The notes below the pieces were generated by a model. It was given only the letters and a program-made list of their open reading frames with translations, ran no database searches and was not told the DNA's origin. Positions 29,948-40,098 of a stretch of DNA of 64,000 nucleotides are shown here, piece by piece (the stretch's first letter is position 1; each line of letters starts with the position of its first letter). Both the position numbers and the translations under genes were made by a program. Where the stretch lies: NCBI GenBank assembly GCA_963764165.1, contig CAVXRD010000002.1, positions 3,168,001 to 3,232,000 of the forward strand. Reading direction: 5' to 3'. The DNA comes from an uncultured Verrucomicrobiae bacterium (GTDB lineage: Bacteria > Verrucomicrobiota > Verrucomicrobiia > Limisphaerales > Palsa-1400).

Positions 29948-32152
29948 ATGACCGTTGTCGAGATTTTCGATGCGGCAGTTGAAGTGCCCGAAGCCGAGCG
30001 GGAAGCGTTTCTTCAACAAGCCTGTGGCGGCGACGAAACGCTGCTGCGGAAGGTGAGGGCTTTGCTTAGGGCCCATGACCGCACCTCTCATTTTCTGGAT
30101 CGACCTTTGGCCGTCGAACGTCCGGAGGGCGGTTCCGATTCTCCTATTGGTGAAAAAGTGGGTGATCAGATTGGCCGCTACAAGCTGTTGCAGCAAATAG
30201 GCGAAGGCGGTTGGGGCGTGGTCTTCATGGCAGAGCAAGAGAAACCAATTCGACGACAAGTGGCTCTGAAGATTGTGAAGCCGGGGATGGACACGAAAAA
30301 TGTGATTGCCCGTTTCGAGGCTGAACGCCAGGCGCTCGCGTTGATGGATCACACAAACATTGCCCACATTTATGATGCCGGGGCTACGGACAGCGGCAGA
30401 CCTTATTTCGTAATGGAGTTGATTCGGGGCGTAAAAGTGACTGATTATTGCGACCAGCATTCGCTGACCACAGCCGCGCGTTTGGAGTTATTCGCCGTCA
30501 TCTGTGACGCGGTTCAACATGCGCACCAGAAGGGGATCATACATCGGGACATCAAGCCTTCGAATATTTTGGTGACAGCAACAAGTGACGGACAACCAAT
30601 TCCCAAGGTCATTGATTTCGGAATCGCCAAGGCCACCACAAATCAACGGTTGACAGACAAAACGCTCTTTACAGCTTTTGAAATGCTCATTGGCACTCCC
30701 GCCTATATGAGTCCGGAGCAGGCAGCGTTTGCCAGCGTCGACGTGGATACTCGTAGCGATATTTACAGTCTCGGTGTGCTGCTCTACGAATTATTGACCG
30801 GCAAAACACCGTTCGATACACGTGAACTTCTTAAAACAGGACTCGACGAAGTCAGGCGAGTTATCCAAACGAAGACGCCGTCGCGCCCGTCCACGAGGCT
30901 CATCGGCATGGGATCGGATGAACTGACGGCTGTGTGCCTCCGACGTCATGCCGAGCCTCCCAAGCTTATACGACAATTGCGCGGCGATCTCGATTGCATT
31001 GTGATGAAGTCGATTGAGAAAGATCGCGCCCTGCGATTCCCAACGGCCAATGCGTTCGCCATGGAAATCCGGCGCTACCTGGCAGGTGAGCTGGTTTTGG
31101 CGCGCCCGCCAAGTCCTGCCTACCGGCTTCGAAAATTGTTCGCGCAGCACAAACTACTGCTCTCGGGCGTGAGCCTTCTTGTTGTTGGGTTGATCGCGCT
31201 TCTGGCCTTTATGGGTGTGCTGCTCGCCCGCGAAAAGGAGCTGCGCGAAAACGCGGAGGTGGTGGCGGCTGAAGGCCTGACCCATGCTTACGTTCAAGAT
31301 GGCAAACCGGAGCTTGCGGAAGCAACGTTTCTGCGCGGATTGGAAATTCAACGTAGACGAAACCCTGACTACCTGCCTCCAGTCCAAGCGGTTGACGACT
31401 TGATGTGGGCGCTGCTTTATATGCGGAAGTTTGACAAGGCGGAGGTGGTGATCAATGGGCTTCTCGCGCATGGCAGCACCAAAAGCACGAACTATGTTGC
31501 CCTTATGGGACTAAGCGCCGACGTCTTGGCGCGCAGTGGACGATGGGCCAAGGCGCAAGCACATGCCGAAAAGGCCCTGGCGGCCCTGCCATACGAGGTC
31601 GGCTGTTATCACAGATTGGCGCCGCTGATGGTTGCAAACCACGATATCGAGGGATATCAGGGGCTATGCCACCAGATTATATCTCGCAATCTCAAGGTTG
31701 ATAGTGTGTTTGCCGCCGATCAATTGGCCAAAGATTGTCTTATCCTTCCGTCTTCGGGAATTGATCCCAAAGTGGTGGTCCCTCTGGTCGAATTTGCCAT
31801 AACCAATGGGAAATCTTTTAGCGTTTACCCTTATTTCCAATGTTGCAAAGCGTTGGTGGAATATCGCCAGCAGCACTACGAAGAGGCCGCGAAATGGGCG
31901 CAAGATGCCTCAATGAATTCATATCCTTATTCTCAGGCCGAGGCCTTTGCGATCCTGAGCATGGCTCGTGTAAAATTAAGAGCACCAGATGCGAAACTTG
32001 TACTCGACAAATGTGCGGAAATCATCAAGACGCAATTGCCGGTCGCGGGATTCACTGACTTGGGAACTGATTGGCGCGATTGGATCATCGTTCACGCTCT
32101 CTTTGACGAAGCAACGAATCTGGCTAACGCGGAACGCCAACCTGGCTTCTGA
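29948..32152 (+). CDS. Hanks-type Ser/Thr kinase with TM segment and C-terminal TPRs (ECF-associated)
   Basis: IGEGGWGVV, VALK, HRDIKPSN, DFG, GTPAYMSPEQ; TM; TPRs. Confidence 0.95.
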   Translation: MTVVEIFDAAVEVPEAEREAFLQQACGGDETLLRKVRALLRAHDRTSHFLDRPLAVERPEGGSDSPIGEKVGDQIGRYKLLQQIGEGGWGVVFMAEQEKPIRRQVALKIVKPGMDTKNVIARFEAERQALALMDHTNIAHIYDAGATDSGRPYFVMELIRGVKVTDYCDQHSLTTAARLELFAVICDAVQHAHQKGIIHRDIKPSNILVTATSDGQPIPKVIDFGIAKATTNQRLTDKTLFTAFEMLIGTPAYMSPEQAAFASVDVDTRSDIYSLGVLLYELLTGKTPFDTRELLKTGLDEVRRVIQTKTPSRPSTRLIGMGSDELTAVCLRRHAEPPKLIRQLRGDLDCIVMKSIEKDRALRFPTANAFAMEIRRYLAGELVLARPPSPAYRLRKLFAQHKLLLSGVSLLVVGLIALLAFMGVLLAREKELRENAEVVAAEGLTHAYVQDGKPELAEATFLRGLEIQRRRNPDYLPPVQAVDDLMWALLYMRKFDKAEVVINGLLAHGSTKSTNYVALMGLSADVLARSGRWAKAQAHAEKALAALPYEVGCYHRLAPLMVANHDIEGYQGLCHQIISRNLKVDSVFAADQLAKDCLILPSSGIDPKVVVPLVEFAITNGKSFSVYPYFQCCKALVEYRQQHYEEAAKWAQDASMNSYPYSQAEAFAILSMARVKLRAPDAKLVLDKCAEIIKTQLPVAGFTDLGTDWRDWIIVHALFDEATNLANAERQPGF

Positions 32153-32259
32153 AAATGAATCATCTGGTTACTCCGAGACCGAGCGTTGGCGAAATTCATG
32201 CTGGCACGGGGCTGTCCGCCGAGGCAGTCTCGGAGGCAGAGCCATTCCGGTCGCAAACG

Positions 32260-32814
32260 ATGAATGACGCAACAGTAGTGCTGGCCGCCGTTGAACGTGG
32301 CGATCCCAAAGCCGCCGACCAACTCCTTTCGCTGGTTTATGACGAACTCCGCCGCCTCGCAGCATTCAAGCTCGCGCAGGAATCCCCTGGTCAAACTCTC
32401 CAGGCAACCGCCCTTGTCCACGAGGCGTGGCTCCGGCTGGTCGGTGACCGCAATCCAGCCTTCAATGACCGCTGCCATTTTTTTCGCGCCGCCGCCGAGG
32501 CAATGCGGCACATACTCATTGATCGGGCCCGCCGAAAGCGGACGCAACGGCACGGCGGAGAATTCGACCACGTCGATTTAGACGGGTTGGAACTCGCCGC
32601 TGTCGGTGACGATGACGAATTGTTCGCCGTCCACGAGGCGCTCGACAAATTCTCACGGGAACATCCTGTCCACGCCGAGGTGGTTAAATTGCGCTACTTC
32701 ACGGGAATGACCAATGAAGAGGTCTCGCAGGCGCTCGGAATCACCGTTTCCGTTGCTAAAAAATATTGGACATTTTCCCGCGCCTGGCTGCTCAACGAAA
32801 TCGAGGGCGAATAA
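32260..32814 (+). CDS. ECF sigma factor, STK-associated (TIGR02999-like)
   Basis: VYDELRRLA, TLQATALVHEAWLRL, AAEAMR.ILIDRAR, VVKLRYF. Confidence 0.93.
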   Translation: MNDATVVLAAVERGDPKAADQLLSLVYDELRRLAAFKLAQESPGQTLQATALVHEAWLRLVGDRNPAFNDRCHFFRAAAEAMRHILIDRARRKRTQRHGGEFDHVDLDGLELAAVGDDDELFAVHEALDKFSREHPVHAEVVKLRYFTGMTNEEVSQALGITVSVAKKYWTFSRAWLLNEIEGE

Positions 32815-32828
32815 TTTCGCACTTTTTC

Positions 32829-32857
32829 GGACCTTTTTGCTTCCGATTCTCGCTTGT
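32829..32857 (+). promoter_or_regulatory. putative ECF promoter motif (copy 3, before operon 1)
   Basis: ggacctttttgcttccg-attctcgcttgt; 12-mer identical to copy 4. Confidence 0.5.
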
Positions 32858-32905
32858 CTGTTTGTGGCTGATGCCTGGTTATGAGCGAAGCCGCAAAAAC
32901 GAAGC

Positions 32906-33103
32906 GTGAAAAAGCGATTTAATCCAGTGGACCCAGCGACGCAATCGTTGCATTCCAGTGCGGGCGTTTCACGGCGGCAATTCATGGTCACGACCGCCAC
33001 GGCCGCCGCCGCGTTTGGCGTTCCAGTGCTGGCATGGTCCAAGCAAGCGGCAAATTACCTCTCCCTGCAAGGGAAATGGATCCATGAGCACAATTACTAC
33101 TAA
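32906..33103 (+). other. orphan twin-arginine signal ORF, out of frame with the downstream hydrolase
   Basis: SRRQFM plus Ala-rich h-region; overlaps the hydrolase start in another frame. Confidence 0.55.
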
Positions 33104-33908
33104 AGACGGAACACAAATCTACTTCAAGGATTGGGGTAATGGCCAACCCATTGTCTTCAGTCACGGCTGGCCCTTGAGCGCAGACGACTGGGATGCGCAA
33201 ATGATGTTCTTCCTTAACCACGGTTACACGGTGATCGCCCATGACCGCCGCGGCCACGGTCGCTCCAGCCAGCCTGGTGACGGCCACGATATGGATCATT
33301 ACGCGGATGATCTGGCGGCCCTCACCGCCCAGCTTCAACTGAAAGATGCGGTGCATGTCGGTCACTCTACGGGCGGCGGTGAAGTCGTGCGCTACCTGGC
33401 CCGTCATGGCGAGAGCCGCGTCGCCAAAGCAGTACTGATTAGCGCGGTGCCGCCGCTCATGGTGAAAACGGACGCCAATCCTGGAGGTTTGCCGAAAGAG
33501 GTGTTTGATGGGTTTCAGGCGCAACTGGCCTCCAACCGCGCCCAGTTCTATTACGAAATCCCAGCCGGCCCATTCTATGGGTTTAATCGCCCCGGCGCCA
33601 AAACTCAGCCAGGCTTGGTCTGGAATTGGTGGCGTCAAGGAATGATGGGCGGAGCCAAGGCGCATTACGACGGAATCGTCGCATTTTCTCAGACCGATTT
33701 TACCGAGGACCTAAAGAAAATCTCCGTCCCCGTGCTTGTGATGCACGGCGACGACGACCAAATCGTTCCCTACGCTGACTCCGGACCGCTGTCAGCAAAG
33801 TTGCTTAAAAAGGGAATATTGAAAACCTACAAGGGTTTTCCGCACGGCATGCCCACGACGAATGCAGACACAATTAACGCTGACCTGCTTGAATTTATAA
33901 AATCCTAG
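33084..33908 (+). CDS. cpo: alpha/beta hydrolase, non-heme chloroperoxidase (perhydrolase) type
   Basis: [34 protein letters not shown]. Confidence 0.92.
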   Translation: MSTITTKDGTQIYFKDWGNGQPIVFSHGWPLSADDWDAQMMFFLNHGYTVIAHDRRGHGRSSQPGDGHDMDHYADDLAALTAQLQLKDAVHVGHSTGGGEVVRYLARHGESRVAKAVLISAVPPLMVKTDANPGGLPKEVFDGFQAQLASNRAQFYYEIPAGPFYGFNRPGAKTQPGLVWNWWRQGMMGGAKAHYDGIVAFSQTDFTEDLKKISVPVLVMHGDDDQIVPYADSGPLSAKLLKKGILKTYKGFPHGMPTTNADTINADLLEFIKS

Positions 33909-33952
33909 TAACCAGATTAACAAAAACAAACGCGCCGAAAGGATAAATAACT

Positions 33953-34627
33953 ATGAATCAATACCACAAACTGTATACGCCGTCTGATTCCGTCATCGTA
34001 TTTATAGATCACCAGCCTCAAATGCTCTTTGGCGTCGCCAACGCCGACCGCGCCACGCTCATCAACAACGTCACGCTTCTCGCGAAAGTTGCGAAGGAGT
34101 TCAAGGTTCCCTCCGTGCTCACAGCGGTCGAGACGGAGTCGTTTAGCGGGTACGTTTGGCCCCAGTTGCTCGACGTGTTCCCCGGGCAGCCTGTCATCGA
34201 GCGCAGTTCAATGAACTCGTGGGATTCCCAGGAATTTCGCAAGGCCATCGAAGCCACGGGTCGCAAAAACATTATCATGACGGGACTGTGGACCGAAGTC
34301 TGCGTTACATGGCCGACGATTGAAATGCTGGGAGAGGGTTACAACATTTATGTCGTAGAAGACTGTTGCGGAGCGACGTCGCCTGCGGCGCAGGAAGCCG
34401 CACTGTCGCGAATGGTGCAAGCTGGCGCTGTGCGCTTAACTACCATTGCTGCTCTTCTGGAATGGCAGCGCGATTGGAAAAACAAGGAGCACTACGGCGC
34501 GCTCATGGGACTTCTTAGGCCTCAGGCGGGCGCTTACGGAATTGGAGTCGAATATGCCTACACCATGGTTCATCACGCTCCGCAGACCGCGCAAAAGCCG
34601 CAAATCGTGCCCAAGAAGACGAGCTAA
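33953..34627 (+). CDS. YcaC-like isochorismatase-family hydrolase
   Basis: IDHQPQM, MNSWD, GLWTEVC, LEWQRDW. Confidence 0.9.
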   Translation: MNQYHKLYTPSDSVIVFIDHQPQMLFGVANADRATLINNVTLLAKVAKEFKVPSVLTAVETESFSGYVWPQLLDVFPGQPVIERSSMNSWDSQEFRKAIEATGRKNIIMTGLWTEVCVTWPTIEMLGEGYNIYVVEDCCGATSPAAQEAALSRMVQAGAVRLTTIAALLEWQRDWKNKEHYGALMGLLRPQAGAYGIGVEYAYTMVHHAPQTAQKPQIVPKKTS

Positions 34628-34652
34628 CCTTCGCAAGTCATCACGGCCAACT

Positions 34653-35381
34653 ATGAAGAATAGAGCTTTTACAATTGCCGCGGTGGTGGCGTGCTTTTTC
34701 GCGACCGCGCGCGCTGACGACTCGGCTCCAGCCAAAGAGAACATTTTTGAGGCGAAGCCTCTTGGCATCCAGGTATCCATCAAAATGATCGGCCCTTACA
34801 CGCAGCCTGCGGACCTGCAGTTGATTTGCCTGTTCAAACATAAGCCCACAGGGGACACCTATCAGGGGGCGGCAAAGGAGACCGACGCGCATCTTGGCGG
34901 GATTCTGTCGGCAGTGCGCAATCGGGGGCAGTTCGCGGGCGAGCTTGGGGAGACATTTCTTTTCACGCCACCGCCCGGAACTATTCCAGCGAAGCGGTTC
35001 ATGGTTATTGGACTGGGTGAGGAAAAGGATTTGACCCTCAATTCATTGCGAGTGGTGGGGCGCGTCGCGGCTCGTGAGGCGGTCAGGCTCAAAGCCAGCC
35101 ATGTCGCGTGGGCGCCGGTCATTCGCGACGAGGGAAACACGTCCGTTGATGTGGGGCTCGGCGACCGCGCTTTTGTTGAGGAGATGTTGTCGGCTTACGA
35201 TACGGAAAAGCGCCTGCAGGACCAGGGATTGGCCGACAAGTTCAGCATTGAATCTCTCGTCATAGAGGCAGGGCCGGCCTTCTTTGATGGGGCAGTTAAA
35301 GAAGTGGGAGAAGGAATCGCGGCTGAAATTGCCGACCTGTCAAAGCGAGAAGGAAGACCGTTTATGTCAGCATCAAAATAG
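34653..35381 (+). CDS. secreted stand-alone M17 peptidase N-terminal-domain protein
   Basis: Signal peptide; FAGELGET, AKRFMVIGLG; no catalytic domain. Confidence 0.75.
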   Translation: MKNRAFTIAAVVACFFATARADDSAPAKENIFEAKPLGIQVSIKMIGPYTQPADLQLICLFKHKPTGDTYQGAAKETDAHLGGILSAVRNRGQFAGELGETFLFTPPPGTIPAKRFMVIGLGEEKDLTLNSLRVVGRVAAREAVRLKASHVAWAPVIRDEGNTSVDVGLGDRAFVEEMLSAYDTEKRLQDQGLADKFSIESLVIEAGPAFFDGAVKEVGEGIAAEIADLSKREGRPFMSASK

Positions 35382-35385
35382 AACA

Positions 35386-36786
35386 ATGCGTCATGCATGG
35401 CTCATACCGTTGCTAGCTATGTTGCCAAACGCAATTCATGCCCGAGATATGACCAACACGGTAGAGCTGCCTTCGTCGCCTCCCGCCTATGATCTTTTGC
35501 GGTTTAACGAAGATTATTCGCATCTCAGCAATGTCGCCAATCGCAGAGATTTTTTTGATTCGGTCAAATGCATCCCGCTGCGCGCTGGAGATCCTTCCTG
35601 GTATCTGAGCTTTGGCGGGGAAGTTCGAGAGCGGTTTGAGAGCACGGAGGCTCTCAACTTCGGCGTTGGAGCCGGGCCGGATTCGTATTTGTTGCAGCGG
35701 CTTGCGCTTTTGGCCGATCTGCATCTGGGTGAACGAGTTCGGATCTTCGCAGAAGGAATATCCGGACTTGATGAAGGCCATGACGGGCCTGCGCCGCCAG
35801 TCCAGCAGGATCCGATTGATCTGCAATTCGCCTTCGTTGAGGTCGCACCGTATTTGACCTCGGACCAGCGACTGACGATTCGAGCAGGGCGATTTGGAAT
35901 GAGCTTTGGGGCGGGCCGGCTTGTGGCAACGCGCGCGGCCGTGAACATTCCGTTTCGATTTGACGGGGTTGAAATGCTCTATTCGAGTCCTCATTGGGAG
36001 GCAACCGGATTTCTCACCCAGCCCGCCTTGGATTCCGGGCACATCGACGCAGAGGATCACACCACGACGTTTTGGGGGCTTTACGCCACCTGCTGGTTCG
36101 ACAGGCCTCGCACAATCGGCCTCGACCTTTACTACTTTGGAATCCATAGCGAAGAAAGCGTGTATGCATCGGGCACCGGCGACGAACATCGGCATTCGTT
36201 GGGAACTCGGCAGTTTGGAGCCTGGCATAACTGGGATTGGAATACAGAAGAAGTTTTGCAGGTGGGCAGTTTTGGAGACGATTCTATTCTCGCGTGGACG
36301 GGCAGTCTTGATTCCGGCTACACCTGGCAGACGACGGGCAAGCCTCGATTGGGAGTAAAAGCGGATGTCACCAGCGGTGACACAAATCCTCACGATGGCA
36401 GACAGGAGACATTCGACGCGCTCTATTTCAAATCCGGGTATTTTAATGATGCCAGCCTCCTGCGCCCGCAAAACATTATTGACGTTCATCCGAATGGTTC
36501 GTTGCAGCTTTCTCGGTCGCTGGCATTTGATGGAGGTGTTGATTGGTTTTGGCGGTACACGAGGAACGATGCTGTCTATGCTGTCCCGGGATTTATCGCA
36601 ATTCCCGCGATACATACGGATTCCAGCTATGTCGGCACAGCGTTCGATGTGAACCTCAGTTGGCAGATGCAACAGCACGTCAGCGTCCAGGCGTCCTATG
36701 TCCATTTCTTGAGCGGCAGTTTCATTCACCAAGCCGGTGGCAGAGATGTGGATTACGTCTCGACGACATTTAGCTTTCTATTTTGA
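35386..36786 (+). CDS. alginate-export-family outer-membrane beta-barrel
   Basis: LRFNEDYS, GGEVRERFE, SGD..P.DG...TF; terminal Phe. Confidence 0.85.
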   Translation: MRHAWLIPLLAMLPNAIHARDMTNTVELPSSPPAYDLLRFNEDYSHLSNVANRRDFFDSVKCIPLRAGDPSWYLSFGGEVRERFESTEALNFGVGAGPDSYLLQRLALLADLHLGERVRIFAEGISGLDEGHDGPAPPVQQDPIDLQFAFVEVAPYLTSDQRLTIRAGRFGMSFGAGRLVATRAAVNIPFRFDGVEMLYSSPHWEATGFLTQPALDSGHIDAEDHTTTFWGLYATCWFDRPRTIGLDLYYFGIHSEESVYASGTGDEHRHSLGTRQFGAWHNWDWNTEEVLQVGSFGDDSILAWTGSLDSGYTWQTTGKPRLGVKADVTSGDTNPHDGRQETFDALYFKSGYFNDASLLRPQNIIDVHPNGSLQLSRSLAFDGGVDWFWRYTRNDAVYAVPGFIAIPAIHTDSSYVGTAFDVNLSWQMQQHVSVQASYVHFLSGSFIHQAGGRDVDYVSTTFSFLF

Positions 36787-36788
36787 GG

Positions 36789-37331
36789 ATGAGCGAACCC
36801 ATTCATGTCGCCATCGTGAGAACCGCAAGAGTCGGATGCGAAGCGGCTTTCGAAAAAGCCTTGCATGAGTTCGTGCAGCGATCGCTTTCGCTGCCTGGCC
36901 AAATTGGCGTTGATATCATTCGACCCGCGCCAGGGAGTGAATCGCGCCAATACGGCATTATTCGCAAGTTTGCTGATCGCGACGCCTTGGCCGAATTTCG
37001 CACATCGCCTGAATATCTGGAATGGAACGAAATTGCGCTGGATTTGACGGAAGGAAGCGGAAGGGTCGAAGAATTGTGCGGTTTGGAGAGCTGGTTCACC
37101 CTGCCCGGCCAGCCATTGCGCCCCTTGCCTCAATGGAAAATGGCTGTTGCAACCTATCTAGGCGTTGTGCCAGTCATCATGCTCTTAAGCCTGACTCTTG
37201 GCCGATTGATCCAGAATTGGAATTTTGTCCTGAACAACATTGTCTTTAACGCCTTCGTCGTCGCGCTTTTGACGTGGGTCGTGATGCCGCTTATCACAAA
37301 AGCTCTGCACGGTTGGTTGCAATCCAAATAA
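36789..37331 (+). CDS. ABM-domain protein with two C-terminal TM helices
   Basis: GLESWF, WKMAV, LTWVVMP. Confidence 0.8.
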   Translation: MSEPIHVAIVRTARVGCEAAFEKALHEFVQRSLSLPGQIGVDIIRPAPGSESRQYGIIRKFADRDALAEFRTSPEYLEWNEIALDLTEGSGRVEELCGLESWFTLPGQPLRPLPQWKMAVATYLGVVPVIMLLSLTLGRLIQNWNFVLNNIVFNAFVVALLTWVVMPLITKALHGWLQSK

Positions 37332-37344
37332 TAAATTCTCGCCT

Positions 37345-39222
37345 ATGACCACATCCATCGTTCCTGATCTTATTCTTCACAACGGCCGCATAACCACTCT
37401 TGATCCGAAATATCCCGAAGCCAGGAATATCGCAATCAAGGAGGGACGCATCGTGGCCGTGGACGGCGCGGAGGAATATGAGCGCGGACCCGGCACCAAG
37501 GTAATTGATTTGCAGGGCCGCCGGGTGATTCCGGGTTTGAACGACTCACATCTGCATGTCATTCGCGGCGGGCTGAACTACAACATGGAACTCCGCTGGG
37601 ATGGTGTGCCTTCTTTGGCCGATGCGCTGCGCATCCTTAAGGAGCAGGTTCAGCGGACACCGCCCGGCCAGTGGGTCCGCGTGGTGGGCGGATGGACGGA
37701 ATTTCAATTTGCCGAGCGCCGGATGCCGACGCTGGAAGAGATAAATGCCGCCGCCCCCGAGACGCCTGTTTTCATCCTGCATCTTTACTGCCGCGCCTTG
37801 TTGAACAAGGCTGCGTTGCGCGCATGCGGTTACACGAAGGACACGCCAAATCCGCCCGGCGGCGAAATTCAACGCGATCACAGCGGCAATCCAACGGGCC
37901 TCCTCATCGCCCGACCCAACGCGTCCATTCTATATGCGACGCTTGCCAAAGGTCCGAAATTGCCCCCGGAGCACCAGATGAATTCCACACGCCATTTCAT
38001 GCGCGAATTAAATCGGCTCGGGTTGACCAGTATTATTGACGCGGGTGGCGGGTTTCAGAATTACCCCGAGGATTACTCAATTATTGAAGAGTTGCATAAA
38101 CGCAGAGAGATGACATTGCGGATCGCCTATAATCTGTTCACGCAAAAACCAAAGCAGGAAAAGGAGGATTTCGCACGATGGATCAAAATGACCGGGCCCG
38201 GCAGCGGCGATGATTATTTCCGTTGCAATGGCGCCGGTGAGATGCTCGTGTTTTCTGCGGCTGATTTCGAAGATTTCCTCGAACCGCGCCCCGATCTCGA
38301 TGGGTCGCTTGAAAACGATTTGAAGGGCGTGGTTTCCCTGCTTGCCGCCAACAAATGGCCCTTCCGACTCCACGCGACCTACGATGAAAGCATTTCCCGC
38401 TTCCTCAATGTATTCGAGGAAGTGAATCGCGAATTTCCGTTCAAAGGCTTGAATTGGTTTTTTGACCATTGTGAAACCGTCTCGGACAGGAACCTTGAAC
38501 GCATCAGGGCATTGGGGGGCGGAATTGCAGTTCAACATCGAATGGCCTACCAGGGCGAGTACTTCATGGATCGATACGGCAAGAAGGCGGCAGAACGGAC
38601 ACCGCCGTTGCGAAAGATGTTGGAGATGGGACTGCCGGTGGGCGCTGGCACCGATGCCACGCGGGTGGCGAGTTATAATCCTTGGGTTTCTCTCTATTGG
38701 ATGGTTACCGGCCGAACCGTTGGGGGAGTTTCGATGTATCCCGACAAAAACTGTCTCACCCGGGAAGAGGCTCTTCGGCTCTACACGCAGGGGAGCAGTT
38801 GGTTTTCCAGTGAAAATGGAAAGAAGGGCGCGATTGCGGAGAATCAGTTGGCGGATCTAGTAGTTCTTACGGACGATTACTTTTCCGTAGCCGAAGAGGA
38901 AATCAAAGAAATAGAATCAGTTTTGACCATCGTTGGCGGAAACATTGTCCATGCGATGGGAGAGTTTGCCCCCCACGCTCCGGCGCCCGTCCCTGTTCTG
39001 CCGGAATGGTCTCCCGTAAAATATTTTGGGGGCTATGGCGCGCCTTTAGATGTCCGCAGGGCTGTCCGCGCAGGGATCCCTGTTGCACAGCACCAGCACA
39101 GCGCCACCTGTCATCAACACGGATGCGCGAATGCCTGGCAAATGATCATGTCCTCTGCCGAAGCTGCGCGAAATCGCTACGCCGGATTCTGGGGCCTTGG
39201 TTGCGATTGTTTTGCCTTCTGA
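37345..39222 (+). CDS. YtcJ/NfdA-like amidohydrolase 3
   Basis: PGLNDSHLH, RLHATY, DHCE, GTDATR; C-terminal GLGCDCFAF. Confidence 0.92.
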   Translation: MTTSIVPDLILHNGRITTLDPKYPEARNIAIKEGRIVAVDGAEEYERGPGTKVIDLQGRRVIPGLNDSHLHVIRGGLNYNMELRWDGVPSLADALRILKEQVQRTPPGQWVRVVGGWTEFQFAERRMPTLEEINAAAPETPVFILHLYCRALLNKAALRACGYTKDTPNPPGGEIQRDHSGNPTGLLIARPNASILYATLAKGPKLPPEHQMNSTRHFMRELNRLGLTSIIDAGGGFQNYPEDYSIIEELHKRREMTLRIAYNLFTQKPKQEKEDFARWIKMTGPGSGDDYFRCNGAGEMLVFSAADFEDFLEPRPDLDGSLENDLKGVVSLLAANKWPFRLHATYDESISRFLNVFEEVNREFPFKGLNWFFDHCETVSDRNLERIRALGGGIAVQHRMAYQGEYFMDRYGKKAAERTPPLRKMLEMGLPVGAGTDATRVASYNPWVSLYWMVTGRTVGGVSMYPDKNCLTREEALRLYTQGSSWFSSENGKKGAIAENQLADLVVLTDDYFSVAEEEIKEIESVLTIVGGNIVHAMGEFAPHAPAPVPVLPEWSPVKYFGGYGAPLDVRRAVRAGIPVAQHQHSATCHQHGCANAWQMIMSSAEAARNRYAGFWGLGCDCFAF

Positions 39223-39261
39223 TTCAAATTCGGAGAACATTTGCGGCTAAGGAGGCAAACC

Positions 39262-40089
39262 ATGGCTATTCTGAAATGCAATGTTCCTGAATCCTTGCTC
39301 GTGTCATTGACAAAGACTGCTGGCAGTAACGAAGGCGTGTCGCACATTGTGACGGTTGCGCTATCGCAATATTTAAGTCAACCCTTTCACACGCTCTTTC
39401 AAATTTCCACCTCCGGGTCTCTTGTCGCCGGCATTTATACTGGCGCGGTCTCATCCGGGATAATCTTGCAGCACGGGGATTTCGGTATCGGCACCTTTGA
39501 GAATCTGGACGGAGAAATGGTAGTCCTCGATGGGCATATTTATCAGGTAACCGGCGATGGGAGAGTTACGGAGGCGCCCAATGATGCCGCAGCGCCGTTC
39601 GCGGTGGTAACGCGCTTTGATCCCAAACTCGACATTGAGATACCTCCTTCAGCGTCCCTTGCGAACTTGACCCGGCAATGCGACAAAAATCGCACATCAA
39701 ATAACATCTTTTACGCCTTTCGCATCGATGGCCGATTCCAGAGCGTGAAAGCGCGCGCCGTGAGTCCGCCAAAGGAGCACGGACGCCTTGTCGATGCGGC
39801 CAAGACTCAAGCGGAGTTTGAGTTTACCGACATAGAGGGCACGTTGGTGGGGCTATGGTCTCCTGTCTTCTCCAGCGCTTTTAGCATCCCGGGATATCAC
39901 TTCCATTTCCTCTCCACCGATCGCCAACATGGAGGTCACCTCCTTGCATGTTCGGCGGGAAAACTGCGATTGCGCATGGAGGCGCTGAACGATTTTCGTC
40001 TCGCACTGCCTGAAAACGAATCCTTCCTCAAAGCGGATTTGAGCAAGAATTCCTCCGAAGAGTTGAAGTATGCGGAAGAAGCCCATTAG
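39262..40089 (+). CDS. budA: alpha-acetolactate decarboxylase with N-terminal RHH-like extension
   Basis: HGDFGIGTF..LDGEM, GYHFHF, GGHLL. Confidence 0.92.
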   Translation: MAILKCNVPESLLVSLTKTAGSNEGVSHIVTVALSQYLSQPFHTLFQISTSGSLVAGIYTGAVSSGIILQHGDFGIGTFENLDGEMVVLDGHIYQVTGDGRVTEAPNDAAAPFAVVTRFDPKLDIEIPPSASLANLTRQCDKNRTSNNIFYAFRIDGRFQSVKARAVSPPKEHGRLVDAAKTQAEFEFTDIEGTLVGLWSPVFSSAFSIPGYHFHFLSTDRQHGGHLLACSAGKLRLRMEALNDFRLALPENESFLKADLSKNSSEELKYAEEAH

Positions 40090-40098
40090 AAACCAGCT

